From assembly GCA_973895155.1 (NCBI GenBank), contig OZ316893.1:5284171-5348170 (forward strand): DNA of 64,000 nt, given 5' to 3'. The notes beneath the pieces are model-generated. The model saw only the letters and a program-made list of their open reading frames with translations, searched no databases and was not told the origin of the DNA. Both the position numbers and the translations under genes were made by a program. Positions 37,511-49,889 of this stretch are shown here, in pieces. The stretch is from Marsupella aquatica (taxonomy: Eukaryota; Plantae; Marchantiophyta). Position 1 is the first letter of the stretch; every line of letters begins with the position of its first letter.

Positions 37511-39319
37511 TTAGCATTTGTTATTGGCAGGCATGTAAGCCTCCCACCCATAATCTTTGAAAACTCTTCCTCTATCACTTGACATAGTGCAAGGAGTTGC
37601 AGTATACGACATGTGTTTCCTTGCTTGTTTCATCAATAACTTTGAAAGGGGTTGGGCTAGGCATAAGATGTAGTCTTGCGTCACCAAGTTTGCAGATCTT
37701 GAAATCATTGGCTGAAACTTCTGCAGCTGAGCATACTTGACCAAGACATGATACATGTAGTCATATACCTTGTCCATGCTAACCTCTGTTTGTACAAATG
37801 CTTGTCCTTCCTCACCAATTGCTTCCCCCCGCAATGGATTTAATTCTTCACTGTCTACCACTTCATTAAGTTTTGGACAGAGCTTGGAACTACAACTTTC
37901 TTTGGGTCGCACTTGGACATAGTGAACCCCTGGCTGCAGCCCCCTCTGAAAAAAGTCATAGTAACTTGGTGCAACAACCATTGTGGTAGATCCACATGCC
38001 ATAATGTACTTCAAACTCGCTGACCAAGAGACCCCTTCAACATACACCATATACCTATGGGTACATTGATCTTCCAATTTTGAATTTTTTTTCCCTTTTG
38101 AAAGCTCATTATACCAATCTTGGATCATAACATCAACCTTGGGATTGTCTGTTGCATTCTGGCAGAAAAGAAGCTGCTCTCGGAATATTGCCGGTTGCCC
38201 CTCCTTTCCAACAAAAGGGTTTCCCCTCCAATATGCCTTCTTATCCCTTTTCCTCCAGGCTTTCTTTTTGGAACCCTTGGCAATCTTGTCAAATTCCTGA
38301 TCCCATGATTCCATCAGAATTTCAGACCAGCCCCAAAATGACCAATCAGGCCAAGGGATATCATGATGTGCGCGATTGCTGCAATAGCTAAATAGAGGAA
38401 TTGCCCTGTAGTTGCTGATCTTGGCATAAGGTTTATCCCAACAATTGAACATGAACTCCACATCTGGAATTTTGTTCTTATACTTCTCCAAGAGGAGCAA
38501 TAGTCCCCATATTGTAAACAACAGACGAGTCTGATAACATTCATGATGTAGATCAATATACAATGTGCCATTTAGAATGATAACTCTGAATGCTGCATAT
38601 CTCTTGCCCAGCTCAAGAGTACTTCGTAAGATTCCTGACTCTTTCCAAGGAGCTAGATCCTCATGAATCCAATTGAAGTACCGTGGACACTCTTCAAATT
38701 TTCTGTACTGGAAGTCTTCAATGTTTGTTCTTCCCTTGTTGTTGTTGGCAGATGGTGCACTTGGAGTACCATTGCCTGTGTTTAACACATTGAGATCAGA
38801 GGAGCACTGGAGTATTTGAACAACTCTCTCCAACTTGAAGATGTCAGAACCCACTTGGTTCTGCTTTTCAGCCCACAATGCTGGGATTAAGGAGTCCACC
38901 AATTTGGTCTTATTAGTCACAAAGCCATACTTCTGCAATAGGATTCCTATCTCATTGCCTTGTTTCACACTAGGCTTCCTTAGAGGGCCCAACCCAGTAG
39001 AGCCTATGAAAACAAGCACGAGCACAGGCAACAGGAGGAGCCATGCCACAGAGCACGGCCATTGTCGAGGAGGGTTGGCCCCATTAGACTGAGTAGCAAT
39101 TTTTTCTTGAAACCAAACTTTCATCATGACAATCCACTTGTGAGTAGTCACAATGGCCAGTCTTCTCGTTGCAATCATGGGCCCCTCATTCTGTTTGTCA
39201 ATCTTGTTGTAATTTTCAGGTCTCTCTCCAGCTTCAACCTTGTGCAACTCTCTTGCACTGCTGTCTTCTTCTAGATGTCTTTGTGAAAGCTTTTGACACC
39301 AGCCAATTGCACTCTTCAT
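37511..39319 (-). CDS. GT90/CAP10 (Rumi/POGLUT-like, DUF821) glycosyltransferase, intronless, type II membrane protein
   Basis: 602-aa ORF with TM segment VAWLLLLPVLVLVFIG, then CPRYFNWIHEDLAPWKESGI, QTRLLFTIWGLL, IPDVEFMFNCWDKP, DIPWPDWSFWGW, AYWRGNP, YVEGVSWSASLKYIMAC, YYDFFQRGL, VYDYMYH. The true start may be a later Met. Confidence 0.9.
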   Translation of the reverse strand: MKSAIGWCQKLSQRHLEEDSSARELHKVEAGERPENYNKIDKQNEGPMIATRRLAIVTTHKWIVMMKVWFQEKIATQSNGANPPRQWPCSVAWLLLLPVLVLVFIGSTGLGPLRKPSVKQGNEIGILLQKYGFVTNKTKLVDSLIPALWAEKQNQVGSDIFKLERVVQILQCSSDLNVLNTGNGTPSAPSANNNKGRTNIEDFQYRKFEECPRYFNWIHEDLAPWKESGILRSTLELGKRYAAFRVIILNGTLYIDLHHECYQTRLLFTIWGLLLLLEKYKNKIPDVEFMFNCWDKPYAKISNYRAIPLFSYCSNRAHHDIPWPDWSFWGWSEILMESWDQEFDKIAKGSKKKAWRKRDKKAYWRGNPFVGKEGQPAIFREQLLFCQNATDNPKVDVMIQDWYNELSKGKKNSKLEDQCTHRYMVYVEGVSWSASLKYIMACGSTTMVVAPSYYDFFQRGLQPGVHYVQVRPKESCSSKLCPKLNEVVDSEELNPLRGEAIGEEGQAFVQTEVSMDKVYDYMYHVLVKYAQLQKFQPMISRSANLVTQDYILCLAQPLSKLLMKQARKHMSYTATPCTMSSDRGRVFKDYGWEAYMPANNKC

Positions 39320-41436
39320 TTGATCTCAGGGCCCAAATGTTAAAACTGCTTGATTTGGCACAAGAGTTATTAACTTTCTTCTATGCATTTTTGGTCAGGT
39401 TTGCTGTTGTGCTCTGTGTGAGGTTGACTGACCTCTACTGGGACCAAGGAGGATTGAAGATTGGATGAAGAACCAGTGCAAATAGAAATTTTTGTCCTGG
39501 CTAGTTGAAAAATCTTCCCATGATACTGAAAATCCACTTTTCCAGGTTGGAAAACAATGACTTTCCCGTCAAGAATCATTTTCAGTCTAATGATAAGTTT
39601 GACGCCTTCTCTTAGATGGCCAAAAACACTTTTTTATTCTGTTATTTGTCACATAATGCCAACTTCTCTGGAAATGTAATGAATGGGATATTTGGATTGT
39701 TTTTCATCCACTCTTCAGTACTTCTTGCTGACTTCAAGGGACATTTAGAGTCATATAGAGCATAAGAGCATAATGACAATTGGTCAAGAATTCATAGATT
39801 TTGATGAATCAATCATGTACCTTTGCCATTTGTAAAGTTCACATTGCAAAAGTGGTCATTCCCTTCAAGCATATGGTAGAGATCTCTATACCTCTCGGTG
39901 ACGAGGTTTTTGCTCAAATCCAAAAACCTCAAATATGTCTTCTGAATATAGAATTCCACTTCTCTGTTGTTTTCCTCATCAATTGATATCACTCCATGGG
40001 ATTCTCACCAAGCCAATGAAGCAATTCATCTTGGACCCAATTCTCTGCTTACTGTGCCTGTGAAAGTTTCATTTACAGCAACATAGTATCCTTCGGTTCC
40101 AGCTTGACACATTCCAAATTGAAGTTTTCAGTAGGATGGGGATGTTTGCTCCAGCTAGGCCCCACCAAGCCTAACTGTGCAGGAACATTTTTGTTGGATT
40201 CCAGTTTAGCAACCCAACCCAACCCCAAAAGGCCTCAAGCTTCTAGTTAGTTAATACCAGGATTATGGCCATTCTGCCTCCCTTCCTGCCACTCTTTGTA
40301 ACTGCCAGTGAGTTCTTGGCCCTCACTCTGTTTGGTCCACATCAGTTCATGGTTTGGGGTAGGCATGATCCTCCTTTAACAAGTTCATTTACTGTACCTG
40401 AGAGTAAATAATTTAAAAGAGCATCAAAGGTTTCCTTCTGGAGTAGCAAAATGATGACGGGGAAGCTTCAATTGACAACCTCCTGTGTGTAGCATTGAAG
40501 ATATGATCTACTAAAAAGGTGTCAAATTAGCTGCAACCCAAGCAACTCTCAGAAATTCATATCAGCGCAGCCATCCGCAGCCAATGTCTATGGACGAGAG
40601 AAAGGGCTGGGCGACTGGGATTTATTTAGTCTGTAGCAGGGTGCAGGACCATATCAAATTTTCTGTGTGTAACAAACACCGGAGTGCAAGCATTACTGAT
40701 GGCATTTGGCCATAGTTGGTACTAGTGGTTGTTGCTGTGAGGGTGTTCTGTCAATTCAAGCAAAACCACTCTAATAGAAATGTTTGCAATAGACAGAAAA
40801 ATTCTTCTTTAAAGCCAAATCTTGGCAATCAAATCTATTGGCTGTGTAGGTCATTTAGCTTTCCACATTGCATCCAAGAATTGTACTACAATCTTCTCCA
40901 GAACAGGCTGCTCAGGCGTCCTATTTGGAAATTAATGAAGAAATAGGGGATAAGGTTATCTTTACTCAAATTTAGCGCCTGGTTGCAATTTGGAGGAGTG
41001 TCTATGTAAGCACAACTGGAAATTCTAACTGAAAAGCAATGGCACAGCTGGATGTTCTAATCAAAAAGTAAAATAATTGTGGGATTGGACTTGAAGCACA
41101 TTCTTCAACAACATGCAGGGGTCTTTTGGAAGAATGGTTCTCAATTTGAATAGAGTAGAAAGCACCGTACATGTGTTCTATTCCAATCCAGAGTGCCCCA
41201 GGAATTCTTTCCAGGGGAAGACGGTAGGGATGTCTATCCAGCAGCAATGGGTCACTTTCCTTGCATTTCCTCTTGGACTCATTCTAACATTCACCACCCT
41301 GGACAAGTTTCAAAAATTAAGATTTCTATCATTTTGCCACTTTTCTTTTGTTGAAATTCATAATATACCACTCTTTTTAGTTTACTTATTACTTTATTAT
41401 TTCTTTCCTCATGTAAGCTAAGCAATATAACTTTCT

Positions 41437-41910
41437 GAGATATACTCTTTTGCCACCTTTTTTTGGGCAAAATTATTACCTTGCCATGCTTTTTAGATTA
41501 TTTACTAGAATGCCACCTTTTTGCAGCAGTGGTTAAGTGAACCACCTACGGTTAACTCATACTCATCCGACGACCGAAATCATGCCACATGTCTGCATCC
41601 AATGGTGGGGATTTCCCTCAAAATATCTCTACCCAACTTGTTCTGCCCCAGCTGAAGGGGTTTGTTGCCTAGTGTGAGCCCGCCCCCTCCTGCCCTCTCC
41701 AGCTGTTGAAAACCTCTCCCTAATATTTTTGGTTAGTTCCTATCAATCCAGTAGCCTCCTAATCCTTGCTTTTAGGGTAGGATTAGTTCCTATCAATCCA
41801 GTCGCCTCCTAATCCTTGCTTTTAGGGTAGGAGCAAGACAAAAACATTGCACTCACGTTTTTCCCAAGGTAATAGTTTTGAAAAAAAAAGGTGGCAAAAC
41901 AATGAATCTC
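41437..41910. mobile_element. MITE-like element with imperfect ~45-bp terminal inverted repeats and an internal 2 x 50-bp tandem (41733-41832)
   Basis: Left end gagatatactcttttgccacc(t)n..caaaattattacctt matches the reverse complement of the right end, gagattcattgttttgccacc(t)ncaaaactattacctt. No TSD resolved. Confidence 0.7.
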
Positions 41911-42486
41911 AGATGTTACTTTAGAGTATTAATTTGAAATTATCCAATGATAACATTGGACCGGGGCACTTTGACACTTTGCAATGTGGGTCCCACAGTA
42001 TACTCATGCCTGAGCCAAATTATGTATTTGGGATTTAAGAATAAAAGTTACTGGTATATTACCATTAACGGAGGTACTCGTTATTTTCATGATTTCTTGT
42101 CAAAATACTCGTGATCGGTAAGTTTTCCCCGGACAACAAAGGAGCTTGGCCATATAAGGGAAGTACTTCAACGTAGTAATAAGTACCAGGAGTTGTGGCT
42201 TGAAAATTACTCTCCATCCGACAACTTACTTAACGGCAAGGTTCCATGGGCGTACGATCAATCGATCACCACGAGATCCCCCAAACCCCGGGGTGAGCGG
42301 GTTCGACAAGACAGTACTGTGACTAAATTGACAGTGTCACGGCCGTTGCGCTCGTGCCATCCCTTCCAGGGAGCGCGGTCGCCCTCACGACCGAAGCATG
42401 CTATGGGCGGGTGACGAAGCAGGCTCGGGCTGGCGCCCTAAAGGCGGTAGCAAAGAGCTCAGAATGGCAAATGGGCCTGCTCAGCG

Positions 42487-42878
42487 GAAATTCGATCTAA
42501 GGGCGGGCTCGGGCGGGCTATTTCATCGATGCTGGATTGCCAATCTGAACTCTGTGGAAACTTGCTCGAAGAGCGGGCTCCTTCATAGTTGCTGAAGTGC
42601 CATATCCGAACTCTGTGGAAATTCGCTCGAAGAGCCGGCTCTTTTACCGATGTTGTAGTGCCAAATCCGAACTCTGTGGAAACTTTTCTCGAAGAGCGGG
42701 GCTCTTTCATAGTTGCTGAAGTGCCAAGTCCGAACTCTGTGGAAATTTGCTCGAAGAGCGGGCTCTTTTATCGATGCTGTTGTGTCAAATCCGAACTCTG
42801 GAAATTCGCTCGAAGAGCGGACTCTGTCATCGATGCTGAATTGCCAATCTGAATTCTATGGTAATTCGCTCGAAGGGC
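42487..42878. repeat. ~61-bp minisatellite, about 6-7 diverged units
   Basis: Units begin gaactctgtggaaa..gctcgaagagc.ggctc at ~42547, 42608, 42669, 42732, 42793 and 42851, with a partial unit at ~42487. Confidence 0.9.
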
Positions 42879-42930
42879 ATGAGCTGGGATAAAAGTGAAG
42901 GAGCGTGTTGGAATTGCTGCTCTTTGTAAA

Positions 42931-43313
42931 CCTGAAGAAGAATAGAAGGGAAGCGTAGGAGCATTGGACTGCAGTACGGCACCGCGATTGACATTGTACT
43001 CTTTGCCATATTGTTTTTTTGGTCTTAAACAGGACCTTTGCCTTTCGCAGTTATGTCTCGTCCCAATTTGATGATCGCCATGATCACGGTCGATTCTGGC
43101 GAACCCTGACAAGCCTGAGGAAGAATAGAAAGGAAAGCTCGGAGCATCGGAGGACAGCAGTACTGTACCACGAGCGACATTGTACTCCCTTGCAATTTTT
43201 ATTTTTCCTCTTGAACGGAAACTTTACCTTTCGCAATTTTGTCTCGTCCCCTGTTGATGATCAGTGCGAAGCTCGAACTGCCATGATCACGGTCGACTCT
43301 GGCCAACCCTGAC
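42931..43313. repeat. Diverged ~185-bp tandem duplication
   Basis: cctga.gaagaataga...gacattgtactc...cctttcgca..tgtctcgtccc...gccatgatcacggtcga.tctggc.aaccctgac occurs twice. Confidence 0.8.
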
Positions 43314-45447
43314 ATGAATTGAAAGTTCTGGTAAATTGACTTTGTACTAAGGATTGAGTTTGCTGCCAGATAAGGGAAGGTCGACGATCGGTAGATTGCT
43401 CACTTCCGGGTTCAGTCTGGGTGAATTGTAGTGAGTAAGTAAGTTTGAGTTCGCTGCAATCTATCCAACACGAGAGTCGACAATCAGTAGATCCAATCGG
43501 TCGCATTTAGATTTCGGAGGAATAAGAGTACGGTCTTAGGGATACCGTAACATCCAAAGACTCCCGGAAGGATGCTACGCAGTAGTAACCGAAAGTACAA
43601 TCCTGTGGACTATGAGAGAGACTATCGATTTGGACTGCAGATTTTGCCGATTTTGCCGACAACCTGACTTTTTGACAATTCAGGTCAGGTTTGAAACGCG
43701 TATTTGCTTTGCCAGTAGTCCTGATTCCTTGAAAATGATCTACATACTCGGGAAGCATGAGTAGGCGCATTTCCTCGGGGATTAGGCTGTGCATATTTCG
43801 CATAATTTGGCTTCGAAAACTCGCCTGTCTTCCTGGCTTGCCATACATACATGATCTCGCAGTCAAGATTCAAGATATTGTACCGACGATCCTGTCTGAC
43901 TGGAAGACGGGTGCTAATGTGATTATGGTAACAGTACTCGATACTCAGAGTTATGGTGGCCCCCACGTGCTAACCTCCTTTGCTCGTAGACCTTCGTTTG
44001 TACTACGGTAGCCTCGCTAATGAGGGCCCATTTCCATTACAGTTTCGGAAGCTAACCAGATAGATTCGAATTCCTGAATTGTGCAATGCAGAGAGCAGGA
44101 AAACTCGAGATTAGGTACGATCGAGTATTCAAGACTCGAGATGTGATTGATTCTGAGCATTCTCATTTGGAGAGAATAGCCGGAAGGACTCAATTCACAA
44201 AAGAAAGGGAAAAAGTACAATAGAAAATTTGGACAATGAACATAAGAAACCACCAATGAAAGCTGGAGAAGGAAACCTCTCAACAAAGGAGATGATACGT
44301 GAAAATTCATGTGAAGTACCACAACCCTTTGAGAAACATATTTGTTTGCAAACTGCATTCCACAAAACCCGAACGGTAAGTCTTAATGCTTCCCACGCGT
44401 GTGCTTGCAAGGAGTACAGGAGACATTGTGAACAGAAAACTGATTAGTGTGTAGAGAAGATAGTTCGTTTGAGGAGTATGTTGAAGTGGCATTCTACACA
44501 GATGGAAGATTTTGGACAGCAGTGGCCAGACTGCAATATTGTACTCGTTACGGAGCAAGGCAGTGTCGTCTCTAGCGAACTTTTGCTCCGTACTCTGGCT
44601 CCAAGAGCAGACTGCGACAAAGGGATGTACGTGTGAAATGCCAAGTCGTGATGAGACTGTCAAGGTCAGGAAGGAGGGAGAGCTGCAAACGCTTTCAAAA
44701 CCAAACGAGGGAGCCAGTACAGTGGTATAATAATAATAACTGACCGATAGGGGATTGAATTGGGGGACAGAGGCGGGAAGCAGATAGTTGCGTACAGTTT
44801 TTAGATTTTAGGGAATTTGACAGTAATCTGAGCTGCTCCAGTTGGTCAGAACGATGGAGAGACACGGGGGAGACATTCTGTTGTTCATTTTCGGCAATAA
44901 ACTGTCAGCGAACGGGAGAAAGCCGGCGAGCAGAATGGTGAAGTTCCTGCAACTGAAGAAGGATCATAATTGCAATGAAATGAAGACTGTGTGGGTAGCA
45001 CTCCAGGGATGAGCAAACCGCGACAAGGTACTAATGAACAATAAGTATAGTGGGAATCTGGACCGTCTGTCACGAGAGAGACTCAGCGGATTGAACTGAA
45101 TTGAGGTCAATTGATCGGTCGAATTTACAGAGATCGAACCAAGAGAATCACTTCGGGAAAAAGAAGGTCAATCCTGTGACACAGAAGCCTACCGAAACCA
45201 GGCCTGCGTGTAAGTTCTCCTCAGTTACTAGAGAGTCAAAGGAATTAATTGGTTGTTGTGTTGGACAGAGAGTGCAAGGAGACTTGGGACAGATTGCAAG
45301 TTAGCGAGGAGAAAGGGATCCCGTCACAAGTGGATGGTGGGTCAGGGAGCGAATGGCAGGCAGGAAGACGTAGCAGTACAAACAAGTTCGCCCTCAGCGG
45401 ATGTGATACGAAACTTTAGCAAAGTCAAGAGGAGACCAGTAGGAGAT

Positions 45448-45510
45448 CCTGTCATCGAAACGGACAATCCTATCGTCGAAACGGACAATCCTATCGTCGA
45501 AACGGACAGA
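45448..45510. repeat. 3 x 21-bp tandem repeat
   Basis: cct(g/a)tc(a/g)tcgaaacggaca(at/ga) three times. Confidence 0.9.
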
Positions 45511-47246
45511 CTGATGAGTGCAGAGGTGCGGGCATTTTCCAACACTAAAATAATAAGCCGGAAGTACCCTGGAGCAATAAACAATAGTAGTGCTCCTGAC
45601 TGTTGCAGTTCAGTACGGTAGCTTAGCCTTTGTCTCTTGCGTTGCGTGTTGGTGTCTTTCGGGTCTGTGTCCCGATGATTGTCGCTTTTTCATTACCACA
45701 TGGCTTCTCCCCTCTACCTCTGCAGAGCTTACATCGCTCTCGCATTAGAGTCTCATCTTGGCTTGCTGGCGACGAGTCGCCTCAGTTGCAGTCCCCAGCA
45801 GATTCTATTGCTCCCCGTGCCGGCTGATGGTTTGATGTTGCTTGCTGCAGGTCACCTCCTCCGTAAACTGCTACTATTCCTCCTTAGCATGCCGGCAGAT
45901 AGCTGCAATCACGATTATAAAACTTACACCGGCATTCTTCTCGCTGCACGCCTGCTTGAGACTGTAGCCTTCCTTTCCGCATACGATTGCAAGACTAACA
46001 CCGGCAGTCTGCTCTTGCGCACGCCTGTTTGCTGGTGTAACTTTTGCCTTTGCGCCTCCCTAGTCTACTCTGTTGCTCCCACTCAGTCCCCATCCGCTAA
46101 TTTGTTGCCATCTGTGCAAATGTTGCTCCTGACGAGGGTAGCATCCTACTCGCCAGGGCAGCCTGGACAGCGCATCTACAAGGCAAAACACGACACAACA
46201 CCGTATCCTCGTTCGTTGTCTTTTCTTCCAACTCATGGAAGTTACAACTCCTCTAGTGAAGATCTTCGTGATGGGAGTCCTACCGTCGAGTGCGGGGTGT
46301 TGGTCACATAACCGTCGGACCAGTGTCCAACTGCTGCTGCCCGTCTGCCTGCCATGATTTCGATCACCACTCTTGCAGTGATCTCGAGACGAGGAGGAAT
46401 AATTACGTCTTCTTCTTCTCCTTCTTCTGGTTCGTCTCATTGCGGCAGATATCTCGGGATTTGGTCTTGCTGTTGTCCCGCGCAACGCGTTCAAATGGGA
46501 GATAGCGATACTTCTGTTGAAGGCGCTACTGTTGTTGTCAAGAAGGAGATAAATCGATGCAATCGTCCCCCGCCGTTACCTTGGGCCGATCTTCGTGATT
46601 GACGGGTTTTATTAATTGGAATAAGATGATTCATTGGCAGTCAGGGCTGACATTTGCGGAGGAGCAGCATTAATTCGATGACAGCGAGAATGGATGAGTG
46701 AATGTTGTCCAAGTCCAAGCCTCTTTGTCGTCGTCCCTGTGCTTCAATTGAAGTGTATCAGTTCTTTAGTGGCAGGTTAAAATTTGCGTGCGAAGGTCAG
46801 GATAATGTGAGAGGAGAGGATTGGACTGGAGGTAGTAATTCTCTACATGACCAGCAGGAGCAGAGAGAGAGAGATAGTGAGAGAGAGTTGGCGGGAAAGA
46901 TCTTCATCCTCTTGTGTCGGTTCACGTCTTTCAATTTTGTGGGAGGCAGATTACTATCTTCCACAAGGGACACAAGTTCCACTAGGACGAGTTGAGAGAC
47001 CTCCCATTCGATCGGAGTCGTTCAGGGTTTTGTGGGAATGAGTTTCATTTTTTCGGGCAGGGATAAGAGTGTCAAGTCGCATTGATGTTATACCTATCAG
47101 GACGAGGTGAGACACCTCTTATGCCCCTATCCTCAATTGGAGTCACACCAGCTTTGTGACAAACTTCTGGAAGGGATAGAGTAATAGCGCGCATTTGCTC
47201 GTAGAAACAGAGGGGATTGGATTGGGTGAGAGATCGGGAAGGAAAC

Positions 47247-48614
47247 ATGGACAATGTGTGGGAGAGGCTAGCGCAGCTACAGCTGAGGCAGATGAGCGAA
47301 ATATCACACCGGCGCAGTTTCCAGAAATACAACCATAGAGCGTCAGATGCCAGTTTCGCGGATTTGTGCCGCCCTAGTTTTGCTGACGGCAACCTCCCCG
47401 TGATGAAGAATTGCCGCTTGAACGAACCGTCAGTATTGGACCGACCACGACGAAGGAAAAAACGAGGAGGCATCAAAAAGGGGGAGCAAGAAGAAGAGGA
47501 CGAAGAGGAGGAGCCCGTTTTGGATACCGAAGTCTGGAAAACCCTCCCGGAGAATTTAGTTGAGAGGATCTTCCCATTCCTACCTCTACACAGCCTACTT
47601 CGATTTCGTGCAGTGTGCAAGAGATGGAACGCTCTACTACATTGCCCCAGTTTCCTCCAATGCTGGCACCGAGGGCCCAGCGTGAAGCGGGAGAGCCCAT
47701 GGCTCATCTTTCGGGGCTCTGCTCGGGAGTGTGTAGCATACAACCCCAGTCTAGACAGATGGTCGAAAATCCCTCTGTCCTTTCTCCCCTCACCCCGTGT
47801 GAGAGTCGTAGCATCAGCTGGAGGCCTTCTATGTGTTCGTCGTCGAGATGATTCCCTCATGGTCTTCAATCCTTTCACAAAATCCTACCTAAGTCTCGCC
47901 CCCAAGCTCTGCAAGTGGAAGTACCCCATTGTCGGCATGGTGGCTGATAGAAATAGTGATGTGAACGGAGAATTTTCATACCGGATCATCGTTGCTGGGA
48001 GCAATGGGGTCCCCGCTCCAGATCTGACCACCGAGGTATATGATTCTAGTAGCCGGAGCTGGAGGTATGTCGGAAGCAGGCCCCTTCGGCACCATTTCCA
48101 GGTCAATTCGGTCTACCACAATGGATTCCTCTATAGTGCAGGTTTCTCTGTGATTATGGTTTATGATTTAAAGCAGGAGATCTGGACCGAAATGGCAGGG
48201 CCTCCGGTTACACAACACACGAATCTCATCATGCCCCACATCTGTGAGTGTAGAGGCCGGCTGTTGATGGTGGAGGTGGTGAGCGAGCGCTTCGTCATGA
48301 GACGAGTGTCCATCTGGGCAAACGACCGGAATACTTGTAATTATGAAAATGGGAACAATGATAGTCAGTGGACAATGCTTGAGACCATGCCAGATGACCT
48401 TCTCGGAGAAGTGATTGTCATGTCGAACAGCCGCTTCTTCTCATACTTTGCCCACGATGATCTCCTATGCTTCGTCATTGCCAGACGGGAGATTCTGGTT
48501 TACGAGATCACTCATTCGCGCTGGCGATGGTTGCCATCTTGTCCTTACGTCCAAGGCTTTGCCCAGCGATTCGCTGCCTTCGCATACCATCCGACTCTGG
48601 AGGATTGCAAATAG
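47247..48614 (+). CDS. F-box protein with kelch-like beta-propeller C-terminus, intronless (~455 aa)
   Basis: F-box VWKTLPENLVERIFPFLPLHSLLRFRAVCKRWN; AYNPSLDRW, ASAGGLLC, VFNPFTK, TEVYDS...W, VYDLKQEIW and WRWLPSCP are typical of plant F-box/kelch proteins. First ATG at 47247. Confidence 0.92.
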   Translation: MDNVWERLAQLQLRQMSEISHRRSFQKYNHRASDASFADLCRPSFADGNLPVMKNCRLNEPSVLDRPRRRKKRGGIKKGEQEEEDEEEEPVLDTEVWKTLPENLVERIFPFLPLHSLLRFRAVCKRWNALLHCPSFLQCWHRGPSVKRESPWLIFRGSARECVAYNPSLDRWSKIPLSFLPSPRVRVVASAGGLLCVRRRDDSLMVFNPFTKSYLSLAPKLCKWKYPIVGMVADRNSDVNGEFSYRIIVAGSNGVPAPDLTTEVYDSSSRSWRYVGSRPLRHHFQVNSVYHNGFLYSAGFSVIMVYDLKQEIWTEMAGPPVTQHTNLIMPHICECRGRLLMVEVVSERFVMRRVSIWANDRNTCNYENGNNDSQWTMLETMPDDLLGEVIVMSNSRFFSYFAHDDLLCFVIARREILVYEITHSRWRWLPSCPYVQGFAQRFAAFAYHPTLEDCK

Positions 48615-49889
48615 AAGACGAACCACGGCGACAGCAAGACACGAGAACCGTTCTCTCCGGCAAGCAAGGTGCCTTGGGTTCGAAATTTTCAATTGGCTTG
48701 CATGCGCATAAATCATCAGGCAATAAAGCGGCAGGCCCTTGAATTGAATTCATCCAGCACCTGCAGTGCATACCGATAAGAACAAATGTGGCCAATGACT
48801 TCCTCTAGCTCTACTATTCAAAGTCATCTCGAATTCGGTGGGTGCGCATGTAGCGTGATTGATCAACGAGGCCAACCAAGGCAGGAGAAGAACAGACAGC
48901 TCGCGAGTAGTTCGTGAGTGGATTTACGTATTGAATGTATCGCTTTTAGGCTGCAAGGGACTTGGTTCGTATGATGTTTACGTTGATGAACGAGCTGAGG
49001 AAATGTGTGCGGCAATTCTCCGCATGAGAAAGGGTGGAACCCGAGATCAACTTTTCGACGCCCCCAGTTTCGAAGGAGTCATACGAATTCTGGAAGGATG
49101 AATGTTCTGTTCAATATTGTCATTCTTTTCCGACCTGCTCTTGTCAAGAAAAACGGATCAATTCTTCTCGTCTCAAACTCTCTTTGATGATGTCAAAATA
49201 CAAACATTATCTGGATCGCGACTCTCGAAACGCGAAGTGTAGGAAATTGAAACAAATTCTGAGTTTCATGACGATACAATGTTCTGCAAGGCCAAGGAAT
49301 ACGGTTCTTTGATCTCCAGTCTTCTGTCATGAAGTTTTTTGCTACCTCTCTAAATTGGGGATTAGGAGGCATGACAAATTCACTGCTCTGGAATTGTGAT
49401 GTGAGCCACGATTGAGCGCGAACAAGCAGGCAGGAGATCTTTTTCGTGGTGGTTGACATCATCAGGGGCTGGTGTTCACGTGTTTAGACTCTGCCATGCC
49501 ACATTTTCTTTTGTGGGCAAACGTGCTCGGCCTGGGACCGCCCCCCTCACTCCGGATTGGTATGGCTGTGTTGGCTATCAGCCTAGAAAGGTTCTGGCTA
49601 TGGATGAGCATCCTTTTCCCAACATATCTTTCTAGACGACACCATTGGTTCAGCAGTGAGTTTCTCGACTGGCAAGTGGCGACTTACTGTAGATCTGCAG
49701 GACTAGTAGTGCCCTGGCCTGGCCTGGCCTGCCCTGCCAGGACAGAATGTCTTTTTAGCTCGTTGTTGCTTTGTCGCTCAACATTTGGGGCAGGACTAAC
49801 GAAGTCTGGAGAGGTCTGGAGATGGCTACGTGAAACAAGTGGGGTTTGAAACCTCTGGTTGTTGGTTTCCAATGATTGCAACATGACTG

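Noticed and set aside
42487-42878. CRISPR-like array (conserved palindromic core plus variable part)
   Set aside because: The variable parts are homologous to each other, the cores are degenerate, there are no cas genes and the context is eukaryotic; it is a minisatellite.
45679-46311. 210-aa plus-strand ORF upstream of the F-box gene
   Set aside because: Non-ATG start, Leu/Ser-rich composition and no recognisable domain; more likely pyrimidine-rich 5' leader or intergenic sequence.
47247-48614. Assignment of the F-box gene to UFO, HWS or LCR, or a miR394 target site
   Set aside because: Only family-level similarity is visible, and I saw no miR394-complementary site.
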